A stretch of DNA of 61,667 nt, counting the filler, from Alphaproteobacteria bacterium (lineage in GTDB: Bacteria; Pseudomonadota; Alphaproteobacteria; Caedimonadales; UBA9215), in the NCBI GenBank assembly GCA_024280495.1. It is 7 parts of 7 records of this genome, joined end to end, with 100 filler letters (N's around TTAATTAATTAA, not from the genome) between each part and the next. Parts side by side here need not be neighbours in the genome. Positions count along the whole stretch, not along the records: positions 39,142 to 42,918 come from JAJRPZ010000060.1; positions 43,019 to 47,730 come from JAJRPZ010000061.1; positions 47,831 to 50,733 come from JAJRPZ010000003.1; positions 50,834 to 61,667 come from JAJRPZ010000062.1; 3 more parts are not named here. One strand, written 5' to 3'. The position numbers and the translations under genes are program-made. Every line of letters begins with the position of its first letter. Position 1 is the stretch's first letter. Below are positions 42,778 to 51,095 of this stretch, piece by piece. The notes under the pieces were generated by a model that had not been told where the DNA came from, did no database searches, and worked only from the letters and a program-made list of their open reading frames with translations.

Positions 42778-42918
42778 GTAACAGGCTCATGAACCCCATC
42801 TTTTTTTAGTATTTTGAATTGTGTAAGTTGATCTCTATTGATTAAACAATGGAGATTTCAATGACTACTGACCGCACTGCCTTTAAGCCCAGGAATGGGA
42901 CAAACTCACACACTCCGA
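42778..42918 (+). mobile_element. IS66-family left end inserted in merA
   Basis: Identical to 38901-39041. Confidence 0.82.
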
Positions 42919-43018
42919 NNNNNNNNNNNNNNNNNNNNNNNNNNNNNNNNNNNNNNNNNNNNTTAATTAATTAANNNNNNNNNNNNNNNNNNNNNNNNNN
43001 NNNNNNNNNNNNNNNNNN
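42919..43018. other. Artificial contig-joining spacer
   Basis: N44-TTAATTAATTAA-N44. Confidence 0.98.
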
Positions 43019-43735
43019 GATGGAAACTGTGAAATCTTTGTGCCAATTTTTTTCAAAATTTAGGTAAATCCTAGATTTACTTTGTCCAACAGTGTGAACG
43101 CGACCTTCAATAATATGAAAGCGTTGGGTTTTCCAGTTAAGATTTTTGACAGGTCGGGCTGGGAGTATCAAGGGTTTGTGATGTGACCATATTCCTTTTT
43201 TGAGCGTTCGAGCTTGTTTCTCAGCCAGTTTCCAAGTGGTGAGACATTTAATGGGTTGGTAAAGTGCATAATAAAGGCCATGGCCTTGCTGTATCAAAAT
43301 TTGTTGTAAACTTTTTTGATTTTTGGTGAGATAGAGCGGTGTGATGAAATGATCATATCTATTTTTGGGGGCTTGTTTATTGTAAAAAACATTTTGGCCG
43401 AGGGCGAATGATTTTAAATATTTTTTGATGCTTGATTCTTTTTGAGGTGTTTTGTGAGCGTTTGGCGCGATGGTGGGAATATAAAGCCCTGAAAGCTGAA
43501 TGATTTGGTTATTTTTGAGCTTGAACGTTTTATGCCCCAAGATATTGGTGATCTTAGAAGTGGTTCGTTTGTTAATGGGGGGCAAGCAGGTTAAATTACT
43601 ACTGCTGGTATTGCTAGGAGGCGTAGCTATATCAACAAAGCCCATTAAAGGCATAAGACTTAGCAATATAAGGCCTTGTTTTAGAAAGCGTGTAAAAGGC
43701 ATGGTCGTGATTTTCAGTTTAGAGTCAGGGCACAT
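43019..43735 (-). CDS. Thermonuclease (SNase)-family protein, 3'-truncated by contig edge
   Basis: L.GL..P, 'NRYDH', 'AEKQARTLKKGIW', then an OB-like tail 'IIEGRV...YLNF...W..DFTV'. Catalytic residues look degenerate. Confidence 0.7.
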
Positions 43736-43741
43736 TCATTT

Positions 43742-43905
43742 TATACTCCTGTCACTCGGAAACCCGAAAAATTCAGGTGAGAAATTTTGTCTTCTGGAAA
43801 GGCGCGCCCTGAAAAGCAATGCTGTAGCATTGGTTGAAGGGCGGAACGAAGCCAGAGGGTAAAAGAGCCTGCTGAAAGTGCGGCTATCTGGGTGACAGGA
43901 GTATA
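43742..43905 (+). repeat. 164-bp TA-bounded palindromic element (MITE-like or structured RNA)
   Basis: 19-bp terminal IR TATACTCCTGTCACTCGGA / TCTGGGTGACAGGAGTATA with nested stems TTCTGG/CCAGAG, CGCCCT/AGGGCG and CAATGC/GCATTG. Confidence 0.7.
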
Positions 43906-43930
43906 ACATCGTATAACTTTATTAAGGCAT

Positions 43931-43961
43931 AAAAAAACCATCAGCAAAAAGCCGATGGTTT
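43931..43961 (-). terminator. Intrinsic terminator after ialB-like gene
   Basis: AAACCATC...GATGGTTT stem with a U-tract on the minus strand. Confidence 0.6.
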
Positions 43962-43995
43962 AGATATGTCTTATGAAAACATAAAATAATATTTA

Positions 43996-44769
43996 TTATT
44001 TCTTTGGCTCTTTACCTTTAGCTTTCTTTTGCGCGGCGACCATAGCTTTTTGACGCTTTTTCATAAAGGAAATACGCTTTTTTCTCATCGTGATCACTTT
44101 TTTATTCAGTGCTTTAGCGTAGATTTTTTCATCAAGCTCATCACCATCATAGCTTTTACTAAAGTCAGAAAGAGGGAAGCTCATGCCATGAGGTTTCCCA
44201 AGTCTTTTACTTGTGCCAGCAACGATAATTTTCTTACCTTTTTTCATAGAGGCTAAGAGACCATCTGACATTTTAACCATAGCGATACAGCCAAAATTAT
44301 TACATTGATCAAATTTCAAGACTGTTTTTTTGCCTTTATCGCCGATTTGGATAAACGCATTTTTCTGAATATCCCAAATCACATCAAGTGGCTGGACAAT
44401 CTTTTTTTCTTTTTTGGTCTTATTGTTTGTCAAAGTAACACCAATTGCCCATGTATGCGGGAGCGTGATTTTTAAAATCGTTGGTTTACCCTTAAAATAT
44501 TCCATTAAAATTGGAGAATAAGGCGTAAGGGATAGAGGATCAACCTCATCAATACGAATCGTGCAGGCTTTTTTCTCCTTGCTACCGCGACAAATTTTAA
44601 CCCAAGGCTTTTTGACCTTAGTAGCCGCTTTTTTCTGGGTTTTCTTTTGTGCTTGGGCTGGTGCTACCAAAACAGTCATTGTGGCTGCTAGAATAGAAAA
44701 CCCAATGAGTGTTGCCAGCGTTTTGTTTTTAGTCTGCCGAGCTTGAAACATTAACCTTAACCTCTTCAT
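43996..44769 (-). CDS. Invasion-associated locus B (IalB) family protein
   Basis: Signal peptide; W.K.C......C, 'F.QC..FGC.A', 'MKKG', 'FPLSDFSKSYDG' pattern. Confidence 0.72.
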   Translation of the reverse strand: MKRLRLMFQARQTKNKTLATLIGFSILAATMTVLVAPAQAQKKTQKKAATKVKKPWVKICRGSKEKKACTIRIDEVDPLSLTPYSPILMEYFKGKPTILKITLPHTWAIGVTLTNNKTKKEKKIVQPLDVIWDIQKNAFIQIGDKGKKTVLKFDQCNNFGCIAMVKMSDGLLASMKKGKKIIVAGTSKRLGKPHGMSFPLSDFSKSYDGDELDEKIYAKALNKKVITMRKKRISFMKKRQKAMVAAQKKAKGKEPKK

Positions 44770-45232
44770 TTATTTATGATTTTTAATAATACAGTTTAAA
44801 GGCATTTGAATTCTTAAACTTAAGGCTTAGCCTTTTTCCGATATTTTGCGATACTCTGTTTTAAATTACACTTCACGTTAACAATTTGAGACCATCTAAA
44901 TAAGGCCATGGCATGGCAAAAAAACGACAGTTTATTTTATAGGGCTTAACTGGTTCCCGAAAAGCACAGTCCTAATGTTTAAATTAGCCCCATAAAATTA
45001 AGGCTCTAACTCTTTTTTTAAATAAGAATTAATCATCTTAAGGGCTTGATTTTTCATTGTTTTTTCTGATGGAAAGAGAATATTTTTAAGGCGGTTTGTT
45101 CAAGATAATGAACAAGGGCAAGGAAAGAAGTATCTTTTAAAAATGTGTTATAGGAAGGTGGGTATAAAATTATCTCTTGGAAAGTTTTTATGAGACTGAA
45201 TTATGACATAGTTTTCGCGCTAAACTGGCTTT

Positions 45233-47032
45233 ATGTCTCAAATACCCTTTTTAAATAAATGTCTCCTATCATTGGCGTGCGTCATTGCTATGAGCTCTTC
45301 CGTTTTTGCGGCGCCCTCTCATGGGATCGCTATGCATGGTCAGCTGAAATATAGCCAAGGCTTTAAGCAATTTGATTATGTTAATCCGAGCGCTCCAAAA
45401 GGAGGTAAAATAACATTATCTTATCTCCGTACATTTGATAGTTTGAATCCGCTAATTGTCAAAGGCAATCCAGCGCCAGGTCTGCGCACCAATCTCTATG
45501 AAAGTTTAATGGCGCGGTCTTATGATGAGGCTTTCTCCCTTTATGGCTTGATTGCAGAAACAATTGAAACGCCAGAAGATCGAAGTTGGGTCAGTTTTAA
45601 AATCAGAAAAGAGGCGCAGTTTTCGGATGGAACGCCGCTTACGGTTGATGATGTTATTTTTTCGTTTCATCTTCTGAAGACAAAAGGACGTCCTAATCAT
45701 CGTTCTTATTATAGTAAGGTTGTGAAGGTTGAAAAAACTGAACCACGCACCGTTAAATTTATTTTTGAAAAAGGCGATAGAGAAATGCCCCTCATTATGG
45801 GGTTAATGCCTGTGTTGCCAAAACATTATTATGAAAAGGTCGATTTTGAAAAGACCTCCCTTCAACCGCCTATTGGGAGTGGGCCTTATCGTATCACGCA
45901 AGTTAAGGGTGGTAAAAGTCTCGTTTATGAAAAAAATGAAAATTATTGGGGGCGTCACCTTGCGGTGAATCAAGGGCGCTTTAATTTTAAAACAGTACGT
46001 TACGAAATTTTCAGAGATGTGAATAATGAATTTATAGCTTTTAAAAAAGGTATTATTGACTTCCGTTATGAGAGTGATCCTAGTCGTTGGGCGCAGGGTT
46101 ATAGTTTCCCTGCCGTTAAATCAGGTGCAGTGCAAGCGAAAACGGTGGCGATGAAAATTCCATCAGGCATGAAAGCTTTGGTATTTAACACCCGAAAAGA
46201 GCAATTTAAAGATATACGGGTGCGTAAAGCTTTGGGGCTTATGTTTGATTTTAATTGGCTTAATAAAACGCTTTATCATGGTTTGTATCGTCGAACCGTA
46301 AGTTATTTTGATCGCTCTGAGCTTTCTTCTTATGGTAAAGCTGCGACACCCTATGAACGAAGTCTTATGGCTAAATTTGCCAATGACATCCCAAAAGATA
46401 TTGTGGAAGGGCAGTTTAAATTCCATGCTTCAACTGGAAGCGGACGAGATAGAGGCGCGCGCCGTAGTGCTTTAAAGCTTTTGAAAAAGGCAGGATACAA
46501 GCTTGAGGGTAAACGCCTCATCAACGAAAAAACAGGTAAAGTATTTGCTTTTGAGATGATCGCCGCCAATAAGGATCAAGTCAAACTTTTCCAGAGTTAT
46601 GGACGGAGTTTAAAGCGTCTAGGCATTGCTGTATCAATTCGAATGATTGATTCAGCTCAATATCAGCAAAGACGTAAAGATTATAATTTTGATATGTTGC
46701 AAATGACTTGGTACGCCTCACTTTCTCCTGGAAATGAGCAAGACTTTCGCTGGAATAGTGCGGTAGGTAAGCAAATGGGGAGTTATAATTTTGCAGGTGT
46801 CGAGAGTAAAGCGGTTGATGAGGCGATTGTGAATCTCGTATCAGAAACAAAGCGAGAGCATTTTGTCTCAGCGGTTCACGTGCTAGATCGGCTCTTAATT
46901 TCGGGGCATTATGTCGTGCCACTTTTTCATGAAGAAGGGCAGTGGGTTGCTTATTGGAATAGGATTAAGCACCCTAAACAACATTCTTTTTGGGGTGTTC
47001 AAATTGATAGCTGGTGGTTTGCGCAGAAATAA
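45233..47032 (+). CDS. Extracellular solute-binding protein family 5 (YejA-like)
   Basis: HGIAMHG.LKY...F..FDYVNP.APKGG, FDSLNP, SLSPGNEQ. Confidence 0.9.
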   Translation: MSQIPFLNKCLLSLACVIAMSSSVFAAPSHGIAMHGQLKYSQGFKQFDYVNPSAPKGGKITLSYLRTFDSLNPLIVKGNPAPGLRTNLYESLMARSYDEAFSLYGLIAETIETPEDRSWVSFKIRKEAQFSDGTPLTVDDVIFSFHLLKTKGRPNHRSYYSKVVKVEKTEPRTVKFIFEKGDREMPLIMGLMPVLPKHYYEKVDFEKTSLQPPIGSGPYRITQVKGGKSLVYEKNENYWGRHLAVNQGRFNFKTVRYEIFRDVNNEFIAFKKGIIDFRYESDPSRWAQGYSFPAVKSGAVQAKTVAMKIPSGMKALVFNTRKEQFKDIRVRKALGLMFDFNWLNKTLYHGLYRRTVSYFDRSELSSYGKAATPYERSLMAKFANDIPKDIVEGQFKFHASTGSGRDRGARRSALKLLKKAGYKLEGKRLINEKTGKVFAFEMIAANKDQVKLFQSYGRSLKRLGIAVSIRMIDSAQYQQRRKDYNFDMLQMTWYASLSPGNEQDFRWNSAVGKQMGSYNFAGVESKAVDEAIVNLVSETKREHFVSAVHVLDRLLISGHYVVPLFHEEGQWVAYWNRIKHPKQHSFWGVQIDSWWFAQK

Positions 47033-47102
47033 AGAATACGTTAGGGAGTTGTCCCTAAATTTGAAGTGAGGCTGTTTGATTTACCCTATGAAAGTGCGTT
47101 GG

Positions 47103-47660
47103 GTGCGTTGTAAAGGATTTGGAATTATGGAAGACCTCGAAATTATTGAAGATAATGTCAAGAAAAATGACTATAGTAAGTTGTTTTTAGAGGATGAATT
47201 GAAGCAACGTAAAGTGGCTTGGATGGCGATCAGTGAAATTTGGTTGCATGATGAGATGAGTAATTATGATCTGAATTATATCTCTATTCGCCTTGCAGAT
47301 ACAAATTTTAGCGATGTGACCTTAGATCAAATTTTCTATCAAGAGGTTGCGCCTGTCGTGAGCGAGGGCGAGTTCATTATGAACAATCAATGGCATGTCA
47401 TTGAAGCCAACTGGTTGGAAGATAGCATTTTAAAATATCTGTTTGAGCAGCAAAAAAAGAGTGAAAATGAAAGTTTTTCACGTAAAATGCTCAAAAAATT
47501 TAGCTTTTCAAAAGGCAATGCACATATTTTGACAAGGCAGGGCGATAAAAATGTCATGGCTGAACAGAGATGGCATTTAATTAAAGAATTGATCCAGCAA
47601 AACCGTCAAGAAACTCAAGTGATGGGTATGTCTAGCGTACCTACTTTAATGGCAGGATAG
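47103..47660 (+). CDS. Hypothetical protein (DUF7079-like); start uncertain (47076-47127)
   Basis: 'RKVAWMAISEIWL..E...ISIRLA...FS...LDQIFYQEVAPV' pattern. Confidence 0.55.
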   Translation: MRCKGFGIMEDLEIIEDNVKKNDYSKLFLEDELKQRKVAWMAISEIWLHDEMSNYDLNYISIRLADTNFSDVTLDQIFYQEVAPVVSEGEFIMNNQWHVIEANWLEDSILKYLFEQQKKSENESFSRKMLKKFSFSKGNAHILTRQGDKNVMAEQRWHLIKELIQQNRQETQVMGMSSVPTLMAG

Positions 47661-47689
47661 GGCTTAAGTGAGGTTGATCTTATTAAAAT

Positions 47690-47728
47690 AAAAGCCCGAT
47701 TGAATAATGAATATTCGATCAGGCTTTT
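47690..47728 (+). terminator. Probable bidirectional intrinsic terminator
   Basis: AAAAGCCCGATTGAATA / TATTCGATCAGGCTTTT. Confidence 0.6.
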
Positions 47729-47730
47729 AA

Positions 47731-47830
47731 NNNNNNNNNNNNNNNNNNNNNNNNNNNNNNNNNNNNNNNNNNNNTTAATTAATTAANNNNNNNNNNNNNN
47801 NNNNNNNNNNNNNNNNNNNNNNNNNNNNNN
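47731..47830. other. Artificial contig-joining spacer
   Basis: N44-TTAATTAATTAA-N44. Confidence 0.98.
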
Positions 47831-48150
47831 CAAAAAGATATTTTCTCAATAGCTGTTATTTTTCGCCACCTTATTGATTTTAAGTCAAGATTTACTGCAA
47901 CACATTCCACTGGTGTAGCAGAATGTGTTGTAATGCTTTCACGATATCTTGGTGTCACAGATGCTGAAATCAATCAAATGGAAATTGCTGGATATTTTCA
48001 CGATTTAGGAAAACTTGTAGTGCCCAACTCTATTCTGGAAAAACCAGGGAAATTAACAAAAGAAGAATTTGCGGTCATTAAGCAGCATACATATTTTACG
48101 TATTCAGTTTTAAGCTCCATAGACGGTTTCAGTTCAGTAGCGGAATGGGC
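47831..48150 (+). pseudogene. HD-GYP domain protein fragment, truncated by IS
   Basis: IDFKSRFTATHSTGVA...AGYFHDLGKL.VP..ILEKPGKLT.EEF..IKQH...VAEWA; the HHE and GYP motifs are replaced by the IS end. Confidence 0.82.
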
Positions 48151-48272
48151 TGATCAGCGTCAGTTATCATACCCGCCCGCATTGACTCACGTTAAATGTA
48201 ACCATAGCGGTTCTATTGCCTCACGAATAATGTTACCTAAAACAGATAATTATAAAATGTGGAGGGTAGATT

Positions 48273-49916
48273 GTGAGGTTATCAATGAGTTTTCATGCAA
48301 AAAGAGAATTGTTGGCTACCGTTGCTCCCCGATACCGGGAAGGAAGTAAAAAATTAAAATCAATTATTTTAAACGAATTCATCTCATCAACAGGATATTC
48401 CCGTAAGTATGCCATCCGTTTGTTATCATCACCTTTAATACTTGTTCAAAAAAAAATCAAAAGACCACGACCCAGGTTCTATGATGAAGCGGTCCAGGAC
48501 GCCTTAAAAGTAGCCTGGACTGCGGCCAATTTTATTGCTTCTAAAAGACTTGCTCCATTTCTTGAAGAATTGGTACCATCATTAGAGCGGCATGGCCACC
48601 TTGAACTTACAGAAGAAAGGCGATCTCAGCTTATTTCAATAAGTCCTGCCACAATAGATCGAATTTTAAAACCGATGAGATCCAACGGCCATGGCATAAG
48701 TACCACTAAACCAGGAAAACTTCTTAAACATCAAATTCCAATAAGAACGTTTGCTGATTGGGAAGATGAAGAACCAGGCTTTTTTGAAGCCGATCTGGTT
48801 GCACATTGTGGCTGGAGCATGGAAGGTTCATTTCTTTATACACTTGTTTTAACGGATGTGTCCACCGGTTGGGTGGAGTGCATAGCTCTTTTACACCGCA
48901 GCGGTGCTTCGGTTATCCATGGTTTGGATAAAGCTCGAAAATTGATACCTTTTCCAATTCTGGGTATTGATACAGATAACGGCAGTGAATTTATTAATTC
49001 TGACCTGATAGATTATTGTGAAAAGAAAAAAATAACTTTCACCAGAGGGCGCGCATATAAGAAAAATGATCAATGTTATGTAGAACAAAAAAATGGTGTT
49101 GTCGTACGGCAGATAGTCGGATATGATCGTTTTGAAGGACAACACGCTTATAAGCAGCTCTCAGAATTATATCGAGCGGTACGCCTTTATGTAAATTTTT
49201 TTCAACCCTCTATGAAACTAAAAAAGAAAAGCAGGGATAGCGGCAAAATAAAAAAAATATATTATCCTGCTCAGACTCCTTTTCAAAGATTGAAGCATAC
49301 TGAAATTGCTAAGAATAAAATAATGGATAAATTTGATTTGATCAATCACGCTTTAGATCCGGTTCGTCTGTTAAAACAAATACAAGTTTTGCAAGATGCA
49401 CTCTGGCAACATGTTGTTTTAGCGAAACAAACAAGTCCATTCAATGATGCAGCCACAAAAAATGTATATGATTTAAAATTTCAACCTCCGATTGGTGGAT
49501 CACCTCATGAATCTTCAGTAAAGATTAATAATGAAGATTTGATAAAATCTGAAATCAAAAAAAGGCGGCAATATAGAAAGACGAAAAAACCAAGGGTTAA
49601 GCACTGGTGGAGGACGCGCAAGGATGCATTTGACAATGTTTGGAGTGAGGTCTGCAAGTGGTTGGAAAATAATCCGGAAAGAACAGCGGCAGCAATTTTA
49701 TTAGATCTTCAAAAAAAATATCCTGGAGAATACACAAACGGGCAATTGAGAACATTACAGCGCCGAGTAAAAGTTTGGCGGAAAAATGCAATTATCACAT
49801 ATGATGATGCCCTGTTAAAAGAAGACCCAATAGTTGAAGGTGTTGGTGCTTGGGACCTTAAAGCTGTGACAATAGGCACCTCAAAAAGTAAGGAAAAAGC
49901 TTATTCTACTATATAA
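48273..49916 (+). CDS. DDE (rve integrase-like) transposase
   Basis: GFFEADLVAHCG, IDTDNGSEF, KNDQCYVEQKN; GGAGG RBS; C-terminal 'WRTRKDAF..VW.EV..WLE..P...QLRTLQRRVK.WR' domain. Confidence 0.9.
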   Translation: MRLSMSFHAKRELLATVAPRYREGSKKLKSIILNEFISSTGYSRKYAIRLLSSPLILVQKKIKRPRPRFYDEAVQDALKVAWTAANFIASKRLAPFLEELVPSLERHGHLELTEERRSQLISISPATIDRILKPMRSNGHGISTTKPGKLLKHQIPIRTFADWEDEEPGFFEADLVAHCGWSMEGSFLYTLVLTDVSTGWVECIALLHRSGASVIHGLDKARKLIPFPILGIDTDNGSEFINSDLIDYCEKKKITFTRGRAYKKNDQCYVEQKNGVVVRQIVGYDRFEGQHAYKQLSELYRAVRLYVNFFQPSMKLKKKSRDSGKIKKIYYPAQTPFQRLKHTEIAKNKIMDKFDLINHALDPVRLLKQIQVLQDALWQHVVLAKQTSPFNDAATKNVYDLKFQPPIGGSPHESSVKINNEDLIKSEIKKRRQYRKTKKPRVKHWWRTRKDAFDNVWSEVCKWLENNPERTAAAILLDLQKKYPGEYTNGQLRTLQRRVKVWRKNAIITYDDALLKEDPIVEGVGAWDLKAVTIGTSKSKEKAYSTI

Positions 49917-49940
49917 AAAGGACTTTTTACCAATTATAAT

Positions 49941-50075
49941 GGGGCTCTGCCCCAAACCCCGGGATTTAGCGCATTACGGACAAAAGCATGTTAGAAAAGG
50001 GGCACCCCCATGCCTTAAGTCACCGGTCACGGCGCTCGGGTTGCTTCCCAGCAAGAGCCCTATCCTCCGAACCGG
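49941..50075 (+). ncRNA. Candidate structured RNA/ssDNA element in the IS 3' UTR
   Basis: GC-rich island with stems GGGGC/GCCCC, GCATG/CATGC enclosing GGGG/CCCC, and CCGGT/ACCGG enclosing GCTC/GAGC and GGG/CCC. Confidence 0.45.
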
Positions 50076-50385
50076 CAAAAATAGAATAGCAGGGTTGTAA
50101 AAAAATGCAACGGGTTAAAAAAACATACAATTTTGGGAAAAATTATTGTATGTTAAAAATTGAAAATACTTATAAAAATTTATCATCCCGTCGGTAAGAT
50201 TACTCGTGAGGCAAGAAAACAGGGATGGTATGATTTATTAATGAGGCAATACGGGCGGGTATTATAACTGACGCTGATCACACCAGGCAATGGAAGAGGC
50301 AAAAATCCTGAAAATCTGAGTCATCTGCGTCCCATTGTTTAATACTTTATCTCCCAATAACGACAATAAGGCAAGCCTGACCCCC

Positions 50386-50733
50386 TTATTTTATAATTTC
50401 ATCTTGCCACAGTTTTTGAAGGAACAGATGCCAGGGCATGATTCTAATACCAGCATGGAGCCGTTCTTCACTCTCGTTGCAGACGATAGTAGCTTCCCTT
50501 GGATTGTATAGCTCAATAAAAGATTTCATGGGATGGAGTGCTCTTTTATCTACCATTGCAGTTCCTTTTACCTCCACGGCCACTTCACCCCTTCCCAGAA
50601 CAAAGTCCACCTCCTGACCAGACTTTGTCCTCCAGAAATTTATCTCATAATCGATTTCATGGTATGAATTGTGGGCTGACATTTCAAGATAAATGAAATG
50701 CTCGAAAGCATTGCCGAACATCTCGCCCTTTTC
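50386..50733 (-). CDS. COG1373-type AAA+ ATPase, C-terminal DUF4143 domain (5'-truncated)
   Basis: G.AFEHF, FWRTKSGQEVDFV, AVEVK. Confidence 0.85.
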   Translation of the reverse strand, partial: EKGEMFGNAFEHFIYLEMSAHNSYHEIDYEINFWRTKSGQEVDFVLGRGEVAVEVKGTAMVDKRALHPMKSFIELYNPREATIVCNESEERLHAGIRIMPWHLFLQKLWQDEIIK

Positions 50734-50833
50734 NNNNNNNNNNNNNNNNNNNNNNNNNNNNNNNNNNNNNNNNNNNNTTAATTAATTAANNNNNNNNNNN
50801 NNNNNNNNNNNNNNNNNNNNNNNNNNNNNNNNN
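50734..50833. other. Artificial contig-joining spacer
   Basis: N44-TTAATTAATTAA-N44. Confidence 0.98.
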
Positions 50834-50957
50834 TTACTTTTAAATGTCTGGTAAATTACTCGGTAGCACATGCTCATTTTAAGGGGCCTTATATCTAATT
50901 GATACAATCTACCATATCACATAACTCCACTAAAATCACTCAGTTCATTACACTTCT
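50834..50957 (-). mobile_element. Probable IS end (family uncertain) at contig edge
   Basis: GAAGTGTAATGAACTGAGTGATTTTAGT is 27/28 identical to 52084-52111 and interrupts the IS5 remnant. Confidence 0.45.
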
Positions 50958-51092
50958 ATCTCTATTGTTATAATCGGACCTCTTAAATTTGTGGCGATAG
51001 GGACTTTTCAATTTATAAGGCATGTTATTCTCCATATTAATGAATGGAAAATAACACAATTGCCAAACTTTGACTATTTATGCACCACAGCC
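50958..51092 (-). mobile_element. Second IS5/IS903-like left-end remnant
   Basis: GGCTGTGGTGCATAAAT (51076-51092) resembles the IS903 IR; GGAG RBS then ATG 51023 MPYKLKSPYRHKFKRSDYNNRD, an IS5-type N-terminus. Confidence 0.6.
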
Positions 51093-51095
51093 GTA

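Larger units (their letters stand above)
48151..50280 (+). mobile_element. Complete 2130-bp IS with long terminal IRs (unclassified/ISNCY-like DDE element)
   Basis: TGATCAGCGTCAGTTAT... IRs match at 36 of 39 bp; subterminal TTGCCTCA-N-ACC repeats at both ends; single transposase; no TSD seen. Confidence 0.85.

Noticed and set aside
43742..43905. Cobalamin or other riboswitch
   Set aside because: No B12-box or other aptamer motif recognised; the fold is a TA-bounded rod.
47933..48349. 138-aa ORF as an intact protein
   Set aside because: Chimera of an HD-GYP fragment and read-through into the IS left end.
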